A stretch of DNA of 64,000 nt from Longimicrobiales bacterium (lineage in GTDB: Bacteria > Gemmatimonadota > Gemmatimonadetes > Longimicrobiales > Gaopeijiaceae): NCBI GenBank assembly GCA_965238005.1, contig OZ250165.1, positions 1,600,001-1,664,000 on the forward strand. The letters run 5' to 3'. Below the pieces are notes generated by a model that was not told the DNA's origin, made no database searches, and saw only the letters and a program-made list of their open reading frames with translations. Position numbers and translations under genes: made by a program. Shown one piece after another: positions 50,446 through 60,644 of this stretch. Numbering within the stretch: position 1 is the stretch's first letter; every line of letters starts with the position of its first letter.

Positions 50446-53079
50446 CTAGTCGACCGTCAGCGCCGTCCTGGGATGGATCTGCGTTGCCCGCCGGGCCGGC
50501 GCGTAGGCTGCCGCTACCGTGATCGTCAGGAGAAGCAGCCCTACCGCAATGAGTGTGACCGAGTCCAGGCCCGGCGTGTCGTAGAGAAGCCCCTCGATGA
50601 ACCGTTCTGTGGCCAACGCGCCAGCCAGCCCTATTCCCAGTCCCAGGACTCCGAGCTTCAGGCTCGATCGGATCACGGCCCAACGCACTAGTGTAACGTC
50701 TGCCCCCAGGGCTACTCGAATACCGATTTCGCGAGTGCGGCGTGCGACGCTGAACGCCATGACGCCGTAGATACCGACTGACGCCAACCCGAGCGCCAAC
50801 CCCGAAAATACTGTCAGTACGAGCAGGCTCAGCCGCGGACGGGCGACAGCGTCACGCACTCTCTCATTCACCGGACGGAGTTCCGGAACCGCCAGGCCCG
50901 GCGCCATCCTGCGCATCTCCTCGCGGATCCCCTCGCGGATCATCGCTCCATCCGTCACTGCACGAATAACCACGTTCATCCTGGCCCACGGAGACCATGC
51001 ATACGACAGGTAGATGGTTTCGCTGGACGAGTCCTGGAGGGTGACGTCTCGGACGTCTTCCACCACGCCGACAACGCGCATCCGAGTTCCCTCCACATTC
51101 CCCCAAACGATGCGCTTGCCGAGTGGGTCTCCGGCCGGCCACAACACTTCGGCCAGGGATCTGTTGACTATGGCGACGGGATCTTCCTCGGTGTCGAAAT
51201 CGTCGAAGTGACGGCCGGCCAGCAGCGCCACGCCCATCGCATCGAACCATCCCGGTGTGACGGAACGCCAGCGGACCGGGTGGAAGTCGTCGAGTCCGTG
51301 AAGGTCAGGTCTGTCTTCGGCCACGAAGTTCGACGGGTCCGAGCCTGAGAACGGTTCTACCATGGAGGCTCCAGCTGCTCGCACCTCCGGCAATTCCTGA
51401 AGCCGGTCCATCAGTTCCGGGAGGAATCGGGCTCGTTCGTGCGCCGGGTAGCTCTCGCTCGGCATCATCAATTGACCCGTGATCACATGTGTTGGGTCGA
51501 AGCCCGGGTCCACATCCTGAAGGCGTAGGAAGCTGCGTGCCAGGAGGCTTGCTCCCGAAAGGAGAACGACGGCAAGTGCCACCTCAGTGACGACCAGCCC
51601 CCCCCGTACACGCATGTCGGTGGGCGATCCTGAACCGGTCCCTGACCGCAGGGCCAAGAACGAACTGCCCCTTGCATGGAGCATCGGGGCGAGTCCGAAC
51701 ACCAGACCGGCTACCATGGTCGCTGCAAGGGCGACGCCGAGAACGGTGGGGTCCAGGGTCGCTTCGTCCAGGCGGGGCAGGCCCGGGACCGCCGTAGCTC
51801 GGACGAGTGAGAGTGCCCATAAAGCCGACAACACGCCCAGCATGCCGCCTGCCAGGGACAACACCATGCTCTCGGTTACGAGTTGACCAAGGATCCTGCC
51901 ACGCCCGGCACCGATGGCTCTCCGAATCGCCACTTCCCGACGTCTCGTCGTCGCCCTCGCGAGGAGGAGATTCGAGACGTTGAGGCAGGCGATGAGCAAC
52001 AACGATCCGACTGCCCCCATCATCAACAGGGTGCCGCGCTCCACAGGAAGGCCCACGAGCCATTCGCGGAGCGGCTGGACCTCTGCGCTCCAACCCTCCT
52101 GGTCCTCCGGATACTCCGCGGACAAGCGGGCTGCGATGCCGGCGATCTCCGCTTGAGCGGCCAATGGGTCAATTTTGTTGGCCAGTCGTGCGACCACGTC
52201 GAGTTCGTGATTCGACCGAGAGCCGTCCAGCGTCGCGGAGTACGGCAGGAAGAGGTCCGACAGGTCCAGGAACGAGGGGGTGGAAATGATTCCCACGATC
52301 TCGCGTGGCTCGGTGTCCAGGATGAGCGTCTGACCGATGACAGAAGCGTCACGCCCGTACCGAGTCGCCCAGAAGGACTCGGAAATCAGCACCACGGCTG
52401 GGCGTTCTCCCGCACGGGCGTCGTCCGGACCGAAGTCCCGACCGGCGACGGGGGTCAACCCGAGTGTCGCCATAAACGCCGGTGTCGTGTGCCAGGTGAA
52501 TACCCTCTCCGCCTCTCCCTCCCACAGCAGGACCATGTCACGTCCAGAGAGGCCGCCCATGGATTCGAACGACGACGACTGCTCCGTCCATTCCGCGTAG
52601 TCGGGATCGGAGACCTGGAATTCGTCTCCCTGAGGTGTGAGCTCCACGATCCGGACAAGCCGGTCGGGCTCGTGGAAAGGCAACGGTTGCAGGACCACGG
52701 CCTGCAGAATGCCGAACATGGTCGTGGCCGCACCGATACCCAGGGCCAGAGTAGTCACCGCGACGAAGGTGAAACCGCGGGCACGACGTAGCTGTCGGAG
52801 GGTGAAGTTGACGTCCTGCCTGACGTGATCGACAAAGGCGCGGAGGCCGTCGATCTGGGTGTTGCGACGCTTCTCCTGCCGAAGTCGGAGCGAGATCCCC
52901 GTGACGTCCCCGAACATCGACTCGGCCTGTCTTCGCGCCGCGTCGGGAGCGACGCCCTCCTCAATCAGGTCCCGGGTCCGTGCCTCGATGTGGAAGCGGA
53001 CCTCTTCATGGACCTCGTCTCCAACGCTGCTTTCCCGTGAGCGGTCGTCCAACCGGAGAACTCTTCGAATTCCCTTCAT
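50446..53079 (-). CDS. ADOP-type duplicated ABC/MacB-like permease
   Basis: Permease prefix domain, TLALGIGA, LIACLNVSNLLLAR, RRTREIGIRVALGA. Confidence 0.92.
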   Translation of the reverse strand: MKGIRRVLRLDDRSRESSVGDEVHEEVRFHIEARTRDLIEEGVAPDAARRQAESMFGDVTGISLRLRQEKRRNTQIDGLRAFVDHVRQDVNFTLRQLRRARGFTFVAVTTLALGIGAATTMFGILQAVVLQPLPFHEPDRLVRIVELTPQGDEFQVSDPDYAEWTEQSSSFESMGGLSGRDMVLLWEGEAERVFTWHTTPAFMATLGLTPVAGRDFGPDDARAGERPAVVLISESFWATRYGRDASVIGQTLILDTEPREIVGIISTPSFLDLSDLFLPYSATLDGSRSNHELDVVARLANKIDPLAAQAEIAGIAARLSAEYPEDQEGWSAEVQPLREWLVGLPVERGTLLMMGAVGSLLLIACLNVSNLLLARATTRRREVAIRRAIGAGRGRILGQLVTESMVLSLAGGMLGVLSALWALSLVRATAVPGLPRLDEATLDPTVLGVALAATMVAGLVFGLAPMLHARGSSFLALRSGTGSGSPTDMRVRGGLVVTEVALAVVLLSGASLLARSFLRLQDVDPGFDPTHVITGQLMMPSESYPAHERARFLPELMDRLQELPEVRAAGASMVEPFSGSDPSNFVAEDRPDLHGLDDFHPVRWRSVTPGWFDAMGVALLAGRHFDDFDTEEDPVAIVNRSLAEVLWPAGDPLGKRIVWGNVEGTRMRVVGVVEDVRDVTLQDSSSETIYLSYAWSPWARMNVVIRAVTDGAMIREGIREEMRRMAPGLAVPELRPVNERVRDAVARPRLSLLVLTVFSGLALGLASVGIYGVMAFSVARRTREIGIRVALGADVTLVRWAVIRSSLKLGVLGLGIGLAGALATERFIEGLLYDTPGLDSVTLIAVGLLLLTITVAAAYAPARRATQIHPRTALTVD

Positions 53080-53420
53080 ACTGCCGACTCCCCCGAGGCA
53101 GGGCGCAACACTTTGGCCACCGCCTCCACGTACCGGTCCCAGGAGATCGTCTCATCAGCCAGTGCTTCCCAACCTCTGTCGGTAAGCTCGTAATACTTTG
53201 CCCGCCGATTGTTTTCGGAGAGCCCCCACGCCGACCCGATCCAGCCCTTGCTCTGGAGACGATGCAAGGCAGGGTACAGCGCGCCCTCCTCAACCTGCAG
53301 CACCTCCTCGGTGGCCGCTTTGATCGAACGTGTGATCTGGTATCCGTGCATGGGCTGTCTCACGAGCGTCTTCAAGATCAGCACGTCGAGAGTCCCTTGC
53401 AGGATATCGACACGGGTCAT
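53076..53420 (-). CDS. PadR-family regulator
   Basis: LQGTLDVLILK, HGY, EEGALYPALHRL, NRRAKYY. Confidence 0.93.
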   Translation of the reverse strand: MTRVDILQGTLDVLILKTLVRQPMHGYQITRSIKAATEEVLQVEEGALYPALHRLQSKGWIGSAWGLSENNRRAKYYELTDRGWEALADETISWDRYVEAVAKVLRPASGESAV

Positions 53421-53429
53421 CACGGAGCC

Positions 53430-53483
53430 TCCCATAAGATGAATAGGGGAATCTCGATCGACTCCCATAAGATGTCAAGGGGA
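53430..53483 (-). promoter_or_regulatory. padR promoter with two putative operator boxes
   Basis: TCCCATAAGATGAATAGGGGA (53430-53450) and TCCCATAAGATGTCAAGGGGA (53463-53483); TTGACA on the minus strand at 53473-53478. Confidence 0.7.
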
Positions 53484-53621
53484 CGGCCGTGGGGCGGGTC
53501 TCCAGCCTACCCCAGACTACCGAATAAAGCCCGAGTGTTTGCAGGCATCTGAGGGGCTTCTGCTTGCGCCTCCCGGCCCCCCAATAGGAGATTGACCTCG
53601 GTCTGATCCCGGAGTGCGCCC

Positions 53622-53681
53622 CTGTCCGATCCAGTTGCCCGCCTTAATGCGGCCCTGGAGGGCCGCTACCGCGTCGAGTGA
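53622..53681 (+). pseudogene. Ser/Thr kinase N-terminal stub 1
   Basis: (L)SDPVARLNAALEGRYRVE-stop. Confidence 0.75.
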
Positions 53682-53714
53682 CAGGTCGATCACCATTCAC
53701 CGGGAGGCCACCAG

Positions 53715-54029
53715 ATGAAATACTTGGTTGAGGCTCACGCATCTATGGAGCGAGGCAACGCGCTCGACGCGGAGGGTGGACCAGGTCCAATCTTCGCCCA
53801 CATCGCGGAACGTTTCAAGCCAGAGGCTATCTACGGGAACCCAATGCGACGACAGGCATTCCTCATCGTTGATCTGGACACCGCGGCCGACGTAGCTGAG
53901 CTCATGTATCTCTTCACGTGGGCGACGGGCAATGGGCCCACCTTCACACCGATCATGCCTGCTGAAGCGTTCGGACCAGCAATCGAGAGCGCGTTGAACG
54001 GGCCAGCTATCGGGAGACCGTGGTCGTGA
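53715..54029 (+). CDS. Small hypothetical protein (GYD/DUF3303-like)
   Basis: GGAGG RBS, 104 aa. Confidence 0.65.
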   Translation: MKYLVEAHASMERGNALDAEGGPGPIFAHIAERFKPEAIYGNPMRRQAFLIVDLDTAADVAELMYLFTWATGNGPTFTPIMPAEAFGPAIESALNGPAIGRPWS

Positions 54030-54080
54030 TTGAGCCCGCGGCGGCGCCCACGCAGGTTCCTTGGCCTTGAGCTTTGCCCA

Positions 54081-54251
54081 ATGTCCGACCCGATCACCCG
54101 CCTTAATGCGGCCCTCGAAGGCCGCTACGCCATCGAGCGCGAGCTGGGCGAAGGCGGGATGGCTACGGTCTACCTGGCCGACGACCTGAAGCACGAGGGC
54201 CAGGTGGCTCGCAAGTCGTCGTACACCCTCTTCACACGTGTGACATTTTAG
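54081..54251 (+). pseudogene. Ser/Thr kinase N-terminal stub 2
   Basis: MSDPITRLNAALEGRYAIERELGEGGMATVYLADDLKHEGQVARK then unrelated tail. Confidence 0.85.
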
Positions 54252-55714
54252 TGGGGTTCCGCGAAGTGCGTCGAATCGGGTGGGCGACATGCCTGATGGT
54301 GGCCGCTTGCAGCGGCGGTGACGCGACCTCCCCCGAGCTCCCTGCAGAGGGGCCGGTCGCATCCGTTCGCATGACGCTGGACACGATCACGATGGAGGTG
54401 GGCGTACTTCACGAGGGCCGGGCTACTCCGATCGATTCGCAAGGCGTCACCCTAGACGGTCGTGAGATCACGTGGTCGGTCGACCGCCCCGAGATCGCCA
54501 CGGTAACGGCAGAGGGTACGGTGACTTCTCTGGCAGTCGGCTCGACGACGCTGACAGCCACCAGCGAAGGCATCTCCGGGACGGCGCAGATCGTCGTCGT
54601 GACCTCGGCCTCACAGCCACCCTCGGTATGCGCGTTGGTCGGGAGCGGGCCGGAGAGTTACTGGAAACCCCGCTTCGCCCAATCCTCGCTAGGCGCCCTC
54701 AAGGTCGTGATGCTCTTCGCGGACTTCTCCGACGCCCCGGCCTCCGAATCGACCTCCGATCTCTACGATCTGCTTGTACCGACGGCGCAGGCCTGGTTCT
54801 GGGAGGTCTCCACCGGGAATTTTTCGTTGTCGGTGGACCGTGTCGACCCATGGTTCCGAGCGCCGCAGCCCTCCGGGTCCTACGACTGGAGCACCTTCGG
54901 GGGTCATCACCTTTACATATCGCAGGTGATGGGACTCGCGGATTCGGCCGTCGATTTCAGCCTGTACGACGCGGTTTTCATCGTCGCCAGTCGTGGTGCA
55001 GACCAGGTGGGATCGTCCGCGTTCCGTGCCTTCCCTGGCGGTGGGGTCGTGTTGGACGGACATGAGATCCGTTCCGCCGTCACCTTCGGAGTGGGTATCC
55101 ATAGCACGTCCTCCCCGGACTTCGGTGCGTTCGTCACCGTTCACGAGACCGGTCACATGCTCGGGCTGCCTGACCTCTACCTGTACGACGCCCCCAACTG
55201 GTTGGCGTCGCAGGCGGCGGTGGGCATGTGGGATCCAATGGCGTGGCTCGGTCTCGGCACCCATTTCGTCACTTGGCAAAAATGGAAGCTCCGCTGGCTC
55301 GATGATGACCGCATCGATTGCCTCGGACGTGCGAGCGTCGAGCGCACCGTCTTCCCTTTCGATGCCGCCAGTGGAACGCAGGCCCTCGTGCTCCCCACGA
55401 GCCTTGAAAGCGCAGTGGTGGTGGAAGTGCGAAGGGCTCGCGGATTCGACTCCCGTATCTGCGAGGAGGGCGTGCTCGTTTACTCCGTGTACGTGAACAT
55501 TCCGAATGGCCGTTTCCCCATCAGAGTCCAGTCGGCTCGCCCTGACAGAGACCCCGTGCTAGTTCAGGGCGAGGCATGCGGTCCACTCTATGAAAGCTCG
55601 TTCGGCCTCGGGGACGAACGAATTTCACTGTTCACGGACGAGTCCTCGGGCGTCACGGTGGAGGTGATAGAAGATCTCGGAGACGGGTACCGGGTGCGCA
55701 TCGATCGGAACTGA
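54251..55714 (+). CDS. M6-family metalloprotease lipoprotein with Ig-like domain
   Basis: VAAC lipobox, Big_2-like ITWS..PEIATV, HETGHMLGLPDLY. Confidence 0.85.
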   Translation: MGFREVRRIGWATCLMVAACSGGDATSPELPAEGPVASVRMTLDTITMEVGVLHEGRATPIDSQGVTLDGREITWSVDRPEIATVTAEGTVTSLAVGSTTLTATSEGISGTAQIVVVTSASQPPSVCALVGSGPESYWKPRFAQSSLGALKVVMLFADFSDAPASESTSDLYDLLVPTAQAWFWEVSTGNFSLSVDRVDPWFRAPQPSGSYDWSTFGGHHLYISQVMGLADSAVDFSLYDAVFIVASRGADQVGSSAFRAFPGGGVVLDGHEIRSAVTFGVGIHSTSSPDFGAFVTVHETGHMLGLPDLYLYDAPNWLASQAAVGMWDPMAWLGLGTHFVTWQKWKLRWLDDDRIDCLGRASVERTVFPFDAASGTQALVLPTSLESAVVVEVRRARGFDSRICEEGVLVYSVYVNIPNGRFPIRVQSARPDRDPVLVQGEACGPLYESSFGLGDERISLFTDESSGVTVEVIEDLGDGYRVRIDRN

Positions 55715-55850
55715 CCGGCACTCCAGTGTTGGGGGGGCTGATTCGCTTGCAGCCCGACACGCCTTAGACGCATCTTGTCCACCATGTTCGATCCCATCGC
55801 TCGCCTGAACGCAGCCCTCGAAGGCCGCTACACCATCGAGCGTGAGCTAG

Positions 55851-57452
55851 GAGTCTGCGCCGCAGAACCCTGCGGCGGCTATCTTTGGTGGTAGCGAAGG
55901 CATTGGGAAGGCTTGCGGATCACCGAGGGGGGTGAATGGGAACGACATTTCGACCGTACGATCCGGAGCAGATGTTGTTGCTGCCTCCGGATCTTCGGGA
56001 GTGGGTGTCGGAGGGTCATTTGGCGCACCATGTGAGCGACCTGGTGGACGCGGTGGAGCTGAGCGCGTTCTACGGGCGGTACCGGGGGGACGGGCGGCGC
56101 AACTCGCCGTACGACCCTCGGATGATGGTCAAGGTGCTGATCTACGCGTATGCGACGGGCACCTTCTCGTCGCGGAAGATGGCGAGGAAGCTGGAGGAGG
56201 ATGTCGCGTTTCGGATGCTGGCGGCGGAGAACTTCCCGAAGCACCGGACGCTGTGCGAGTTCCGCAAGCGCCATCTCGGGGATTTCCGGGCGGTGTTTGT
56301 GGAGGTGGTGATGCTCGCGCGGGCCTTGGGGCTGGCGGGGCTTGGCAGGGTGTCGGTGGACGGGACGAAGGTTCGGGCGAACGCGAACAAGCGCAAGGCG
56401 ATGAGCTACGGCCGGATGGTGACCGGGGAGCCTCGGCTGGAGGCGGAGATCCGGGGGCTGTTGGAGAGGGCCGAGGCGGTGGACGAAGCGGAAGACGAGC
56501 GCTACGGCGAGGAAGCATGCGGAGACGAGGTGCCGGAGGAGCTCAAGCGGCGCGAGGACCGGCTGGCGGCGATCCGGGAGGCGAAGGCGCGCCTGGAAGC
56601 CGAGCAGAGAGCGGCGGACGACGCACGGGGCCGCAAGCCGGGGCAGACGCGCAACCCGAAGGGCGGCAGGCCCTACAAGCGGGAGTACGGAGAGCCGGAC
56701 GAGGCGGCGCAGAGCAACTTCACGGACCCTGAGAGCCGGATCATGAAGACGAGTTCGGAGGGGTTCCAGCAGTGCTACAACGCACAGACGGTCGTGGAGG
56801 GGGAGAACCAGCTGGTGGTCGGGGCCGAGGTGACGGACAACGCGAGCGACCAGGGCCAGCTGGTGCCCATGGTCGACGCGGTGGCGCAAGCGTACGGCGA
56901 GACGCCGGCGCAGGTGCTGGCGGACACGGGCTATTGCAACGAGCGGGATCTCGAGGAACTGGAAGAGCGAGACATCGACGGGTATGTGGCGCTGGCCCGG
57001 GAGGGCAAGGCCGCCCCCACGGTTGACAAGGAGGAATATCCGGCGAAAGTCCGCATGGCGGAGAAGCTGGCGAGCGAAGATGGCCGCAGACGCTACGCAC
57101 GGCGAAAGTCGCAGGCCGAGGCGCCCATCGGCTGGATCAAGGAAGTGATGGGCTTTCGACGATTCAGCTTCCGGGGCCTCGAGAAGGTCCGGGCCGAGTG
57201 GACCCTCGTGTGCCTGGCACTCAATGTGAAGCGGCTGCACACCCTTCAGGCGGCATGACTGCACGAGGGTTCACCCGCATCTGCCGGCGCGAGGGCTCTC
57301 GTAGCTCTCTTGCCCCCCCCAACGCATCCATTCCGCTCTCCCGATCCGTCGCAGACACAAGTCCTCAACCTCCCAATCACCCGGATCCGCCTCGCCGCGG
57401 ACGGCTCGATGACCATTCGGCTCAGTCAGCTGTGCTTCTGCGGCGCAGACTC
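55851..57452 (+). mobile_element. IS1182-family insertion sequence
   Basis: Perfect 17-bp inverted repeat GAGTCTGCGCCGCAGAA; CTAG duplicated at 55847-55850 and 57453-57456. Confidence 0.93.
55936..57258 (+). CDS. IS1182-family DDE transposase
   Basis: LLPPDLREW, YDPRMMVK, SSRK, VDGTK, ADTGY, FSFRG. Confidence 0.92.
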   Translation: MGTTFRPYDPEQMLLLPPDLREWVSEGHLAHHVSDLVDAVELSAFYGRYRGDGRRNSPYDPRMMVKVLIYAYATGTFSSRKMARKLEEDVAFRMLAAENFPKHRTLCEFRKRHLGDFRAVFVEVVMLARALGLAGLGRVSVDGTKVRANANKRKAMSYGRMVTGEPRLEAEIRGLLERAEAVDEAEDERYGEEACGDEVPEELKRREDRLAAIREAKARLEAEQRAADDARGRKPGQTRNPKGGRPYKREYGEPDEAAQSNFTDPESRIMKTSSEGFQQCYNAQTVVEGENQLVVGAEVTDNASDQGQLVPMVDAVAQAYGETPAQVLADTGYCNERDLEELEERDIDGYVALAREGKAAPTVDKEEYPAKVRMAEKLASEDGRRRYARRKSQAEAPIGWIKEVMGFRRFSFRGLEKVRAEWTLVCLALNVKRLHTLQAA

Positions 57453-57758
57453 CTAGGCGAGGGCGGCATGGCTACGGTTTTCCTGGCCGATGACCTCATT
57501 GCGCTCTGAGATTGCTCGATCAAGGGGCACGAGCCGATTCCCGGACACCTGCGATCTGGAGACTATAGAAGCATTGTTGGTCGCAGGCGCCGATCTGAAC
57601 GGGGCAATCTGCTTCCGACGCCCCTCAGGATCCGCTACATAGTATACGTAGCGCCAGGGTGTCTGCCGTAATCCCGGCGCTCGTTTTCCCGGCGAGCCTG
57701 GCAGCCCAGGAGATGGGTTCGCCGGGCAAGGAAACCCTTCCGTGAGGCTGCTCGAGCG

Positions 57759-60398
57759 TTACAGGTTTGGCCGTGCCCCAGTCAATGCCGGACCATAGTA
57801 CAAGGAGTTGAACAACAGCATGAAAGTCCCATGAGTTTGAGCGCGGTTCTGGGGTCGAAAACCAAATAGAATGATCTTGCCCTGTCCATAATCGACTTCG
57901 ACCAAAGCCGGCTTGTTGTGTAAGATTTGATCTCCGATAAGACGACCGCTCATGAAAGGGTTGCTGTTGGGATAACTTGCGACGACTCGCAGACCCGATA
58001 GGAGGGCGTTGGTATCTTCTGAATTCATCTCATCGGTGTCGAGGAGTTCAAAGACCGGACTTCCATAGGAGAGCACGTTGGCGGTTTCTCCCATTCCATA
58101 TGCAATGGGATGCGCGTTGTCCACATCGACTTTGAGAATCGCGCTGGGTAAGAAGAACTCTGTGGAAGGATAGCTTCGAGACACATCCCGCAGCGGGACA
58201 TTGAAATGGTCTATGGGTAGCAGGCTAGAAACGTTAAAGGTGACTAGAGTCCCCCCGTCTCGCACAAATTGGAGCAATGCGGCCAAGCCGTTTTCTCCGA
58301 TTCCGCCGGCATATTGAGAGGGGACCGTTCCCTCCCGGTGACCACCGATAATGCGCTCAGAAGAAATATTCGGTAGAACGATGACATCGTATTTTTGATT
58401 GAGTCGTCCAGTGCGGATCTCTGCATCTTGAAGCGTCGTGTAGGGAAACTCCCAATTCTCGAAGATCCACCGGGTCCAGCCCTCGTCCATGTTGGCAACC
58501 CAAGGCTTATAGAGACCCAGCCGCAAAGGCCTCAGCTGCATGAGCCCACCGGGGGAGCGGCCGGACTGTATTTGAAGATTGAACTCTCCTGCTAAGGATT
58601 GGATCTTGCTGCCAATCCCGGTTCCGGAAGCAACGACCGTCCCTGCTGGGTATGTCGTCCCACCAGAAGTGAAGGATGTCACAGCCCACCCGACTTCGGC
58701 ACCCTCCTCCAAAAGCCGGTTGACGGCCCGGTAACTATCCAGGACGTTGTGGTCGAGAAAATAGGTATTCCCGCTGTCAGAGACTCTCCCCGCCGGGGGC
58801 TCCGCCCGTTCGATCGGCGTCAATTGTGCCTCGAAAGGAGAGTCCACCCTGATGGCCTCGACACCCATCTGGTAAGGAAGTGTCCACCCCGTCAAATCAA
58901 AAGTCCCTTCCGGCGGACCCCCCGGGTACTGTCGCCGGTCTGGATAGATCTGCGGGCCAAGCATGTCGATCAAATAAGGTCGATAGGCTTGGGACGCCAA
59001 AGCGACGTAAGTCCCGGCCGGAAATTCCCTGTTCTGGGTCTGGAAGGGTTCCACTGCTTCGTGGAACTCGATTCCACCTGCAATTAGCGTGTTGACCATC
59101 TTGGCAACTGTGTTGGGGTCTTTCTGGGCCTCAGGGATAAGATAGGCATACGGAGCTTCGCTTTCCCCCTTCTCGATGGAGTTCCTGGCCATGCGGTACA
59201 TGTTCAGTAAGTACTTGTCTTTGTGGATGGCCCCCGCCTCCAAGAAGCCAATCGCTGACCAGTAGCCATACTCAACGATGTCTCGCAGTCTCCACCATCC
59301 ACCGGGCCAAGGGCTAGGGTAATTGATGGTCTGGGTGTTCCCTTGTTGTTTGCCCAGTCCACCTCGCCGGCCAAGGTCGGCTGCGTCTTGAAATATCGGT
59401 GTGGCCAAAGAAGCGCTCGCAGCTTCGAAAAGAACGGTGGAAACGTTGTGCCAGAGGGAGTTCGTGTGGATCGCCGACATCCGCCAGTGGTTCCAGGCGG
59501 CGTAATGTATGACGCCTATTTTTCCCTGCTCTTCCAACACTGTTCGCATGTAGGCGCCGGTCAGTTCGATCTCACGGGTGAGTAAGGGGTCCAGAGAGTG
59601 ATGTCGCGGCTCGTATAGAGGTGAAAGAAACAAACGGGCATCCGAATTTCCCATTTGATGCATGTCCATGAAGAGCTGCGGGAACCACTCATGATAGAGG
59701 ATGTCGTTGACATACCTTGTCTCGATTTGAGTGTGCATGAATGAATCGCGGTTGTTATCATGTCCGACGTAATGGTGGTATAGCCAGGGCATCGGCGCGT
59801 TCTCGTAGGGTGTTCCCAGATTCTCGCGATACCAATCGACGATCATGATATTGCCGTCTGGGTTCCAGCTGGGAACGAACAAGAAGATCACGTCGTCCAG
59901 GATGGCCTGGATCTCCGGAGATTCATCAGTTGCCAGGACGTAGCCCAGCTCCGGGGACATCTGAGTAGCTCCGAGTTCGGTGGCATGCATGCTTGCGGTG
60001 ATCAGCGCAATGGTTTTGCCTTCTCCGGCCAACCGACCCGCCTCTTCTTCGGAGACACTGCCTTGGGCGAGTTTCTTGGCAATCTCCTTATACTTTTCTT
60101 TCTGGGATAGATTCTCCGGGGACGAGATGATGGCCAGCAGAAATGGATTGTCCAAAGTGGTCTTCCCTAACTCCACGACCTCGATGCGGTCACTTCCTTT
60201 CCCCAGAAGCTGGTAGTAGTCGACGATCTGGTCCCAACGAATCAATCTGGAATCAGCACCAGGTTGGTGCCCAAAGAATTCAACCGGTGTCGGGATATTC
60301 GCGACGTCGATCACCTGGCTACCGGCCGTCACGGGTAGGAGGAAAGCCAAGGTCAATACGTGAGTGAAAACTGATATTCTCTTTGATAATTTCTTCAC
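57759..60398 (-). CDS. Exported M14 zinc carboxypeptidase-family protein
   Basis: Signal peptide, HATE, NPDG, DNNRD, DMHQ; visibly lower GC. Confidence 0.88.
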   Translation of the reverse strand: MKKLSKRISVFTHVLTLAFLLPVTAGSQVIDVANIPTPVEFFGHQPGADSRLIRWDQIVDYYQLLGKGSDRIEVVELGKTTLDNPFLLAIISSPENLSQKEKYKEIAKKLAQGSVSEEEAGRLAGEGKTIALITASMHATELGATQMSPELGYVLATDESPEIQAILDDVIFLFVPSWNPDGNIMIVDWYRENLGTPYENAPMPWLYHHYVGHDNNRDSFMHTQIETRYVNDILYHEWFPQLFMDMHQMGNSDARLFLSPLYEPRHHSLDPLLTREIELTGAYMRTVLEEQGKIGVIHYAAWNHWRMSAIHTNSLWHNVSTVLFEAASASLATPIFQDAADLGRRGGLGKQQGNTQTINYPSPWPGGWWRLRDIVEYGYWSAIGFLEAGAIHKDKYLLNMYRMARNSIEKGESEAPYAYLIPEAQKDPNTVAKMVNTLIAGGIEFHEAVEPFQTQNREFPAGTYVALASQAYRPYLIDMLGPQIYPDRRQYPGGPPEGTFDLTGWTLPYQMGVEAIRVDSPFEAQLTPIERAEPPAGRVSDSGNTYFLDHNVLDSYRAVNRLLEEGAEVGWAVTSFTSGGTTYPAGTVVASGTGIGSKIQSLAGEFNLQIQSGRSPGGLMQLRPLRLGLYKPWVANMDEGWTRWIFENWEFPYTTLQDAEIRTGRLNQKYDVIVLPNISSERIIGGHREGTVPSQYAGGIGENGLAALLQFVRDGGTLVTFNVSSLLPIDHFNVPLRDVSRSYPSTEFFLPSAILKVDVDNAHPIAYGMGETANVLSYGSPVFELLDTDEMNSEDTNALLSGLRVVASYPNSNPFMSGRLIGDQILHNKPALVEVDYGQGKIILFGFRPQNRAQTHGTFMLLFNSLYYGPALTGARPNL

Positions 60399-60644
60399 TT
60401 GGGGCCCCCTCGATTTGACAGCGGTGCTATACGCAGATCCCATTCCTCATCTGGACCGGCCCAAAGTCACTGGAGCGGATAGGAAAATCAAGGGCCCTAC
60501 GAGGCCGAAGCCGGAGCTAGAGGAGGAGGCCGGATCGGAAGATCGAGGTAGGAGGACGGGACCACAGCGGCCTCGAACACCTCCTGGTTGGGTTCCATGT
60601 GCACATCCTCATGTGCCTCTGACCCGTCCATACACGGGGTTAGA

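Larger units (their letters stand above)
55784..57509 (+). pseudogene. Ser/Thr kinase N-terminal stub 3, split by IS1182
   Basis: MFDPIARLNAALEGRYTIERE-[IS]-LGEGGMATVFLADDLIAL-stop. Confidence 0.85.

Noticed and set aside
53715..54251. TGA readthrough joining the small protein to kinase stub 2
   Set aside because: No redox motif or convincing SECIS; the stub has its own ATG; frame match is probably chance
55879..57264. Long antisense ORFs (also 32213-33112, 22060-23211)
   Set aside because: Shadow frames of GC-rich genes with no recognisable motifs
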